This document shows positions 57,020 through 64,000 of a stretch of DNA of 64,000 nt, piece after piece. The notes under the pieces were generated by a model. It was given only the letters and a program-made list of their open reading frames with translations, did not search any database and had not been told where the DNA came from. This stretch comes from Ostreococcus lucimarinus. Taxonomy: Eukaryota. The stretch is taken from the NCBI GenBank assembly GCA_000092065.1, contig CP000591.1, one strand, 5' to 3'. How positions within the stretch are numbered: the stretch's first letter is position 1; every line of letters starts with the position of its first letter. Both the position numbers and the translations under genes were made by a program.

Positions 57020-59506
57020 ATGTCGCGCGCCGACGCCGCGTCAGCGACGCCCGCGGCGCCGATTCCCGGTGACGAATTAATCGACGACGCGCCGTCGCCG
57101 ATCGACGCGACCGCGACCGCGACCGCGACCGCGACGGGACGCGCGCGCGACGCGGTCGCGAATGATGACTCGAGACCGACGACGAGCGCGTCGAGCGAGG
57201 ACTCGAACGCGACGATGGAGGACGTGAAAGCGTCGGACGTGGTCGAGAAGAAGATGTCGCTAAACGCGAGGCGGGTGGACCGCGGACGAACGGCGAACGG
57301 CGCGAACGCGACGGGCGCCGAACGAGGATCGAGACGACAACATGAGTCGAATAAGTTTTTGCCGTGGTTACCGGAGAGAGCGACGCTCGAGGGGACGCTC
57401 GAGAAGAAGGCGGAGGAGACGAGTTGGTTCGCGAGCGTCTTCGGCGGCGCGACGGATACTTGGAATTTGAGACACTTCATGCTGTACGAGGCGCACTTGT
57501 TTTGGGGGAAAGGATTCAGCACGATGCACGGGTACGGGACGATTTTGAGTGCGAAAGAGGCACCCGAACACGGACCTGCGGCGTTCGTGATCGAGATGAT
57601 GGCGGTGCCGAAGCGGTCGCTGCGTAGAAGTCTTCAGGAAAACGCCGACTTTATGGATCTCCTCTCGGGATTGTGCTGCAAGCCCGCGGGGTTCAAGACG
57701 ATGACTTTGCGCGCTGGAAGTCCGACGGATCGCGCGCGATGGATCGACGCGCTGCAACTGGGAATGACGAGCTCGCCGCTTTCGGCAAGAATGCCGCTTG
57801 AGTGCTCGGACGAGATCCCGCCGAGCCCGCGCGTTTCCACGGATAGCGATCGGTCCTCGCTTGATTTCAGTTTCGGGAACAAACACAAAAAGTACGAAGA
57901 ACCGCCGCCGCCGATGTCACCAGGTGCGGCGCCCGGGCGACTGTCTCAAAACGCTGCTCCGATCGACGATGAAGATGTTGGAAAATACGCCTTCAATTTG
58001 AGCGAGAACACAGGCGTCTCGAGCGGATTGCCGCCGCTGCCGAAGAAGGTGCTCGATCGTATCCCTTCGGCGCTCAAGAAGGGTTCGAGTTTTTCCACGT
58101 CGATAAACGTCAGGCGTAACTCTAGCGATGGAAACTCTAAGTCGGTGACGTTCAACGAGCACGTAGAGACGCAAGTGATCGCCAAGTCGCCGAGTAAACA
58201 CGGCCTCGCCGCGGCAGAGGAGACTGATAAAGAGTTCAGAACGCGCACGCGTCTTCTCCAAGCCGCGGGGAAGTTTAAGATCGCGGAGGAAGAGTTATCC
58301 ATAGGTGCTAAACTCGGTGTTGGGTCTTTTGGTGTCGTGCATCGCGCGAAGTGGAACGACACCGACGTCGCCTACAAAACCATGATTGCCGACAAAATGA
58401 ACGACGACACCATCAATGCCTTTGCGGAGGAGATTCGCATGATGCGCGCGTTGCGTCATCCAAACATCGTACTGTTCCTCGGTGCGGTGATTCAGCGGGG
58501 TCGAATGGGAATCGTTTCCGAGCTCATGAAGCGCGGAAACTTGGAGCAACTGTTGCACGGCAACGGTAAGTGGAGCGAGTCGCTTCGTAGCAATGGGATG
58601 CTTCGCAGACAAATGGCGGCGGATTGCGCGCGCGGGATGTTGTATTTACACTCCCTCGCCCACCCTGTTGTACATCACGACTTGAAACCGGCAAACTTGC
58701 TGGTCGATGCAAATTGGACACTGAAAGTGAGTGATTTTGGGATGAGCGAGTTGAAGAGCTACACGTACGGATCGAATTGCAAAGCTCCCGGGGGAACGCC
58801 CGAATGGATGGCGCCCGAGGCGCTTCGCGGCGACGACGTCAACGAGCTCTCCGACGTGTTTTCGTTCGGTGTCATTCTGTGGGAGCTCATCACCCTGAAT
58901 TTCCCGTGGGCCGATCTCTCGTCACCCGTGCAAATCGTCGCTCAAGTCGCGTTTTTGCACCGACGGTTGAAAATTCCGAGCTGGGTCGAGGACCCGATGG
59001 AGCAACTATTGCACGATTGCTGGACGCGTGAGACGGAGGCGCGACCAACGTTTGCGAGCATCGTCGAACGCCTCGTGGGCGATTACCCAGCCGCGTGGTC
59101 GCAAGGTAAAGAGTCGAAATCCGCCGAGCAAGAAGCGGCCGACATTCTCGCCCTGATGTCCAAAGACGACGGTTCCCCGACGTCGGCGATCGAAGACGAC
59201 GAATTCGTCGACGCTAGCGACGACATCGACGTCTCCGTCATCTCTGCCTTCGCCCCTCGCGGATTGGCCCCGATTCGCACCCCGACGCCCGTCCACGACG
59301 CCACCGCGTCCAGGACTCTCGGTTCCGAGGACGATTCCGCGGAGGAATCCAACTCGCTCGATTCCTCCGCCGAAGTCTCCGTCGCGAATTCCCCTCGTAA
59401 GCCCCCTCTCACCGCCAGCGTCGCCGCCAACGTCGGCGCTTTCCGCCCGAAGATCCTCTCGCCCCTCAAAACCCCTCGCGCGCGCGCCGGCGTCGCCGAG
59501 CCTTAG
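57020..59506 (+). CDS. PH-domain-containing Ser/Thr protein kinase (TKL/Raf-EDR1-like).
   Basis: ATG at 57020. PH-like: WNLRHFMLYEAHLFWGKGF...MTLRAGSPTDRARWIDALQLG. Kinase: LGVGSFGVVHRAKW...HPNIVLFLGA...VHHDLKPANLLVD...VSDFGMS...GTPEWMAPE...SDVFSFGVILWEL. Confidence 0.8.
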   Translation: MSRADAASATPAAPIPGDELIDDAPSPIDATATATATATGRARDAVANDDSRPTTSASSEDSNATMEDVKASDVVEKKMSLNARRVDRGRTANGANATGAERGSRRQHESNKFLPWLPERATLEGTLEKKAEETSWFASVFGGATDTWNLRHFMLYEAHLFWGKGFSTMHGYGTILSAKEAPEHGPAAFVIEMMAVPKRSLRRSLQENADFMDLLSGLCCKPAGFKTMTLRAGSPTDRARWIDALQLGMTSSPLSARMPLECSDEIPPSPRVSTDSDRSSLDFSFGNKHKKYEEPPPPMSPGAAPGRLSQNAAPIDDEDVGKYAFNLSENTGVSSGLPPLPKKVLDRIPSALKKGSSFSTSINVRRNSSDGNSKSVTFNEHVETQVIAKSPSKHGLAAAEETDKEFRTRTRLLQAAGKFKIAEEELSIGAKLGVGSFGVVHRAKWNDTDVAYKTMIADKMNDDTINAFAEEIRMMRALRHPNIVLFLGAVIQRGRMGIVSELMKRGNLEQLLHGNGKWSESLRSNGMLRRQMAADCARGMLYLHSLAHPVVHHDLKPANLLVDANWTLKVSDFGMSELKSYTYGSNCKAPGGTPEWMAPEALRGDDVNELSDVFSFGVILWELITLNFPWADLSSPVQIVAQVAFLHRRLKIPSWVEDPMEQLLHDCWTRETEARPTFASIVERLVGDYPAAWSQGKESKSAEQEAADILALMSKDDGSPTSAIEDDEFVDASDDIDVSVISAFAPRGLAPIRTPTPVHDATASRTLGSEDDSAEESNSLDSSAEVSVANSPRKPPLTASVAANVGAFRPKILSPLKTPRARAGVAEP
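57104..57136. repeat. Hexanucleotide microsatellite (GACCGC)n.
   Basis: gacgcgaccgcgaccgcgaccgcgaccgcgacg. It encodes (AT)n in the kinase N-terminal disordered region. Confidence 0.7.
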
Positions 59507-59852
59507 CCGCCAGCCCTTTGTAAAGTTATAATTCGACTCGACGCCGCGACGCCGTCCCGTCCCGCCCAGTCCCACGCTCCCATCTTCACTCGACGCGTCA
59601 CAACGCCTCGGCCCGCGACGCGCCTCGCGCCGCCGCCGCACCGCGCGCGATGGACCCCTCGATGTTCACGCCCGAGATGATCGTGCGTCGCGACGCGCGA
59701 GCGCCGCGCCGCGACGCGAACGCGCGCGCGATGACGACCGCGACGCTTCGAAAGATCGCGCGACGCCGCGAACGCGCGCGCGACGCGAGCGAACGACTGA
59801 CGGAACGACGGATCGCGCGACTTGAACGCGAACGCAGGCGCAAGCGCAACAG

Positions 59853-61241
59853 ATGATGTCGAACATGACGCCCGAACAGATGGCGCAGATGCAACGCATG
59901 GCGGGGTCGATGGGCCTCGGCGCGCCGCCGGGCGCGGCGGAGGCGATGAAAAATATGACGGCGGAGGACATGCGACGAGCGGCGCAAGAGATGGGGAACA
60001 TGACGCCGGAACAGTTGAAGACGCAGTACGAACAGGCGCAGGGACACGCGAAAGCGAGCGCGGATTATCGATACGCGGGGAGCGAGACGCTGAAGAAGGA
60101 GGGGAATAAACTCGTGGGAGAGGGGAAACACGCGGATGCGGTGGAGAAGTACGCGCGAGTGAAGGAAAACTTGAAGGATGATGTGAACGCGGCGGCGAAG
60201 ACGCTGCGGTTGTCGTGCATGTTGAACATGGCGCTTTGTTTTAACAAGATTGGGAAGCACGACGGGGCGATTAGCGAGTGCACCGAGGCGCTCGAGCTCG
60301 AACCGCGGAGCTTGAAGGCGTACTATCGACGCGGACAAGCGTACGTGGCGAAGGGTGAGCTCGAACAAGGTGTGAATGATTTGATGCGGGCGAATAAGCT
60401 CAGTCCTGGAGATGAGACAGTGGCGGGAGAGCTCGAAGCAGCCGTCAAGCGCATGGAATCGCAAGGATTAGCCGTGCCGGCCGCCGCGCCGGAATTCGAC
60501 CATCCCGAGGCGGCGCCCACGACGAGCGCCGGCTCGAGCGGTAGTGCGATGCCGGGGATGCCTGGGATGCCGACGCTCACGCCTGATGTTCAAGCACAGG
60601 TGAGCGCGATGATGAGCGACCCGAACGCCATGGAGCAAATGTCGTCGATGATGGGCAACTTGTCCGACGATCAAATCGAGCAGATGGCGGCGACGAATCC
60701 CATGATGGCGGGCATGGACCCGGATCACGTGAAAAAGGCAGCGGGCATGATGAAGAACATGAAGCCGGAGACTATGCAAAGCATGATGAAGATGGCGCAG
60801 AGCATGGGCACGGAGGGCGGGAAAGGCTTCGACCCGAACGACCCCGAAATGATGTCCAAGATGCAAAAGGAGTTGAACAACCCGGAGATGCGCGAGGCCA
60901 TGGTTGAAATGATCCAGGGTATGGATTCGGAGTCTTTGAAGGAGATGTCCAAGAGCATGGGCATGACGATGGACGACGCGCAAGCTGAGCAAGCGGTCAA
61001 CGCTCTCAAGAACATTTCGCCAAAGACCATGGAACGGATGCTCTCAATGGCTTCCGTCGCGGGCGGGATCTACAGTCGATTCAAGCGACCGATCGATTGG
61101 GCTATGCGCAACAAGCGCACGGCGCTCAGCATCTTTGTCGTGTTCACGGCCATGGGGACGACGTACGTGCTGCGATGGTGGCGTCGCCGCGGAGGAGCCG
61201 TGGAAGCGGCTGACAACCAAACCTCGACCTCAACGTTTTAA
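59853..61241 (+). CDS. Tail-anchored TPR (carboxylate-clamp type) protein with methionine-rich repeats flanking the TPR domain and a C-terminal TM helix (OEP61/TPR7- or Sgt2-like chaperone receptor or co-chaperone).
   Basis: ATG at 59853. Repeats NMTPEQM / NMTAEDM / NMTPEQL. TPR: KKEGNKLVGEGKHADAVEKYARV...MLNMALCFNKIGKHDGAISECTEALELEPRSLKAYYRRGQAY. Met-rich block MMSDPNAMEQMSSMMGNL...MMKNMKPETMQSMMKMAQSMG. C-terminal TM ALSIFVVFTAMGTTYVLRWWRRR. Confidence 0.7.
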   Translation: MMSNMTPEQMAQMQRMAGSMGLGAPPGAAEAMKNMTAEDMRRAAQEMGNMTPEQLKTQYEQAQGHAKASADYRYAGSETLKKEGNKLVGEGKHADAVEKYARVKENLKDDVNAAAKTLRLSCMLNMALCFNKIGKHDGAISECTEALELEPRSLKAYYRRGQAYVAKGELEQGVNDLMRANKLSPGDETVAGELEAAVKRMESQGLAVPAAAPEFDHPEAAPTTSAGSSGSAMPGMPGMPTLTPDVQAQVSAMMSDPNAMEQMSSMMGNLSDDQIEQMAATNPMMAGMDPDHVKKAAGMMKNMKPETMQSMMKMAQSMGTEGGKGFDPNDPEMMSKMQKELNNPEMREAMVEMIQGMDSESLKEMSKSMGMTMDDAQAEQAVNALKNISPKTMERMLSMASVAGGIYSRFKRPIDWAMRNKRTALSIFVVFTAMGTTYVLRWWRRRGGAVEAADNQTSTSTF

Positions 61242-61270
61242 TGCTATCCTTCGTGTCAACAATTACATTC

Positions 61271-63766
61271 CTAATCGCTCGTGTGGACGATGCACTGACG
61301 GGCAGCGTCGTACGAGAAGTGCGAGTTTCTGAAGGCTGAACTGCCGTAAAACGGCGCCAAATCCTCGATGCCGTACGCTCTCGCCTTGCTCTCGAGATCG
61401 CGGCAACGCACTGTCGTCGTCTGACCCGCGGTATCCGCTTGACTGTTCGGCTTGGCGCCGACATTTTCCCAGCGCATCGTTTCCCGAAGTAGTCCGCGAA
61501 GAATTTCGAGGAGCAAAGCGTCGTAGTCGCGATGGAAGTGCGTGTATCGCGCAAACTTCTTCTGCAGGGTCTTTTGCACGGATTGCTTTTGAGTGCCGAT
61601 GAAAGACTGCAGCATGCATCCAATCGCAGCGTCGATGTCATCAGCCGATACTTGCTGGCTAAGTCGCATCGCCGCTCGAGCTTCACTCATTCGGATGATG
61701 GACTCGATGTGACGCACGGCGACGGGCATGCCTTCACGCGTCACAGACTCCTTTCGCAATTCGGCGTAGACTCGTTGAATCTTCGGCAAGTCTTGCTGAT
61801 TTAGCTTTGGGCGACATTCTTTTTTCGCGTACGAAATATACTTGCGCAACAATTTTTGATCAATCGGCTCGATGTCGTCGTCGTCATTTTCCCCAAATGG
61901 ATTCTGCAACGGCGCTTCCGGATCGTCTTCAAATCTCGGATGGCACTTGACGTGGGAGTGTACCACGAACTTAGCGAGCCTTTCATCTAAGACAGGGTCA
62001 ATAACGTCGCGAACGACGCAAAGAATATCGAAGCGGGAAAGGATTGGATCCGTCAGTTCAACGTTGTCGCTGAACGTCTTGGACGAATCGTATCGACCGC
62101 CGATGGGGTTCGCTGCGGCGATGACCGAGCATCTCGCTTGTAAAGAAGTCACAATACCAGCCTTGGAGATAGATATGGATTGCTGCTCCATTGCCTCGTG
62201 AATGGAGACGCGATCTTGCTCGTTCATCTTATCGAATTCGTCAATGAGGCACACACCGCGATCGGCGAGCACGAGGGCGCCGCCTTCCAGCACAAACTCG
62301 CGAGTCACCGGATCTTTGTGCACGGCAGCTGTTAAACCGACCGCAGACGCGCCTTTACCAGTGGTGTACACGGCGCGACCCGCGGTGGCTTGTGTGTACT
62401 TCAAAAACTGTGATTTCGCAACACCGGGATCCCCGAGCAACAACATGTTGATGTCGCCGCGCAATCGCGTCTTGCCCTTGACGAACTTTTCTTGACCGCC
62501 AAACAGCGCAAATGCGATACCCATCTTGATATCTTCGTGCCCGTGAATGGACGGCGCGATAGACTTCATGATGCGTCGAACGATTTTGGGATCACGGCTG
62601 AGCTTTCTGATGTCCTCGCGATCTTCATCCGTGAGATTGCCCGACGAGTACAAATCTCCTTTTCGTTTGACGTAATTCGCCTCGATGTACGTCGTGAATA
62701 CGGGAAATCCCTGCTGACGCGTGTTCAGCGACGCTTCGAAGTTATTTGTGTACACCCCGGTGACTTCAATCTCGTCACCCGGTTTCGCCATGTCAATCAA
62801 GTCGTTCAACACGATAACCTCTTTACTTCGCGGAATGCGGCCAGCCGGAACGCTTCCCGGAGATTCCTGCAACGTCAACTTCTGGTAGTTGCGATACACC
62901 GTCTTTGCGGAGTTAATCTGCCATCTACCTTTTTGATGGCACTCCGGGCAGGCATTCGGGCGCTCCTCTTCTCTGCTACTATTTTGGAAGATTGGACCGA
63001 CGTTGTACGAACACACCATGCACGTGTACGTCACATTTTTCAGTTGCGGAAACACACCCGTGCGTCGCGTCACGACACCGCTGACGCGAATCAATGAGTT
63101 TAAGTGCGATTGGCGAATATCACGAATAGCGTCCTCGACGGGCAAATCCACGATTCGCACGAACACGTCGGGATGAATGTCGCCGTACGACGGGTAAAGC
63201 TTCAACACTTCGGTGAGCGCGACTTCGTCGAATAGATCGAGCATGTCCTTCGGCGCGTCCGCGACCCAAACCGCGATCAGAGACTCACTCTTCGCCAGGT
63301 GCATGTAACTGATTTCCAAACTCTGCAAGTTGTTGTTGCACATCTCGCGAATCTTTTTGTGATAAAGCGACCGCCCGGCTTCGTCGACTTGTCCTTTGCG
63401 CAAAAACCGACTCAAACGCTTGCGAATCTCCACCTTCGTGCGATCCTTCGTGATCCACTCGCGAAGAGGGCAATCGTACACGTCAATGTTCACGTCGAAT
63501 TCCTCGTCATCGTCTTCCATGTCCCCATCTGCGGCGCGATCCGCGGCCCTTCGCCTTCGCGCCTGCCGCAACCATTCGTCCTCGCCCTCCTCGAGCGCCC
63601 GCGGCCGCACCCGACCCGCGCGTCGTCCACCACGATCTTCATAAATATCCCGCTGTTCCATCAACTCTTCCGCGCGCAATCGCGCCTCGAGTTCGGCCTC
63701 CGCATCGTACTCTTCGTCCTCCTGCGCCAGTCCCGCCTCTTCGTACTGGTCCAAGTGCGGCATCAC
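61271..63766 (-). CDS. MCM2: DNA replication licensing factor MCM2.
   Basis: Zn-finger CMVCSYN...CPECHQ. Walker A GDPGVAKSQFLKY. Walker B/arginine finger CLIDEFDKMNEQDRVSIHEAMEQQSISISKAGIV. The acidic N-terminus with MMPHLDQYEE start (ATG at 63766) is typical of MCM2. Confidence 0.9.
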   Translation of the reverse strand: MMPHLDQYEEAGLAQEDEEYDAEAELEARLRAEELMEQRDIYEDRGGRRAGRVRPRALEEGEDEWLRQARRRRAADRAADGDMEDDDEEFDVNIDVYDCPLREWITKDRTKVEIRKRLSRFLRKGQVDEAGRSLYHKKIREMCNNNLQSLEISYMHLAKSESLIAVWVADAPKDMLDLFDEVALTEVLKLYPSYGDIHPDVFVRIVDLPVEDAIRDIRQSHLNSLIRVSGVVTRRTGVFPQLKNVTYTCMVCSYNVGPIFQNSSREEERPNACPECHQKGRWQINSAKTVYRNYQKLTLQESPGSVPAGRIPRSKEVIVLNDLIDMAKPGDEIEVTGVYTNNFEASLNTRQQGFPVFTTYIEANYVKRKGDLYSSGNLTDEDREDIRKLSRDPKIVRRIMKSIAPSIHGHEDIKMGIAFALFGGQEKFVKGKTRLRGDINMLLLGDPGVAKSQFLKYTQATAGRAVYTTGKGASAVGLTAAVHKDPVTREFVLEGGALVLADRGVCLIDEFDKMNEQDRVSIHEAMEQQSISISKAGIVTSLQARCSVIAAANPIGGRYDSSKTFSDNVELTDPILSRFDILCVVRDVIDPVLDERLAKFVVHSHVKCHPRFEDDPEAPLQNPFGENDDDDIEPIDQKLLRKYISYAKKECRPKLNQQDLPKIQRVYAELRKESVTREGMPVAVRHIESIIRMSEARAAMRLSQQVSADDIDAAIGCMLQSFIGTQKQSVQKTLQKKFARYTHFHRDYDALLLEILRGLLRETMRWENVGAKPNSQADTAGQTTTVRCRDLESKARAYGIEDLAPFYGSSAFRNSHFSYDAARQCIVHTSD

Positions 63767-64000
63767 TTGGTAATCCCTACGCCGTACGAAAATAACGCGT
63801 TCCTCACGTTCGTCAGTCGCGCGATCCGACGCTCACTCCATCCCCACCGTCGCGTCTCGCCCCGCGCGCCGCCCTTGGCGCGTCTTCCCCGCTCTCGCGT
63901 CGTCCGCGCGCGAGCGACAGCTCGAAATTCAAATATTCAAACCCGCGTCCCGTCCCCGTTCTCGCCCTCGCGCGTCGCGCGTCGCTCGCGTCGCTCCCGC

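Noticed and set aside
1-64000. Start codons labelled 'M' in the ORF track.
   Set aside because: Several correspond to GTG/TTG on inspection (for example 21705, 32769, 34400, 37051, 43703, 44182, 54068, 20105). I therefore re-derived starts from the nearest in-frame ATG, homology, or splice reconstruction rather than trusting the track.
1-64000. Search for tRNA, rRNA, CRISPR arrays, transposon ends and prokaryotic operon structure.
   Set aside because: I saw no T-loop/anticodon-arm-like cloverleaf candidates (GGTTCGANTCC), no rDNA-like conserved blocks, no direct-repeat/spacer arrays and no TIR/LTR pairs. The window is eukaryotic with spliced genes, so prokaryotic feature types do not apply.

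Overview
This 64-kb window is GC-rich (~65-70%), gene-dense eukaryotic nuclear DNA. I resolved three short GT-AG spliceosomal introns with GTGCGT/GTACGT donors. Several nuclear genes encode plastid-type proteins: glutamyl-tRNA reductase, Toc75/Omp85, an EGY-like S2P protease, a bacterial-type ribosomal protein L24 and a CER1-like protein. Those, plus few short introns and strong GC3 codon bias, suggest a green-lineage picoalga (Mamiellophyceae-like). That lineage call is inference only. The first 8.3 kb is the 3' part of a giant gene truncated at the window start. The partial ORF is 2,735+ aa and consists of about 72 tandem 38-aa cysteine-rich repeats (C-x2-C-P-x-G...GDDA-x-GDT-x-C-x4-C), arranged in near-identical ~1.37-kb higher-order units. 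The other ~30 genes are ordinary eukaryotic housekeeping and cell-cycle genes. Recognisable ones include BRCA2 (BRC repeats, helical and OB domains), APC2, CDT1, CDC73, MCM2, a TBL1-like WD40 protein, SR-beta, APRT, IscA, an SLC35B/UAA transporter, an SDR, an ALKBH8-like RRM+AlkB protein without the methyltransferase module, a PP2C-cNMP-binding-kinase tri-domain protein, a CNBD K+ channel, a PH-domain TKL kinase and a TRAF-type zinc-finger protein. The most unusual locus is a single uninterrupted ORF that fuses an FGGY sugar kinase to ribulose-phosphate 3-epimerase. I found no rRNA, tRNA, CRISPR arrays or transposons. The ORF track uses alternative start codons (GTG/TTG), and high GC produces many long spurious antisense ORFs. 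I therefore re-derived starts from ATG positions and homology wherever possible.
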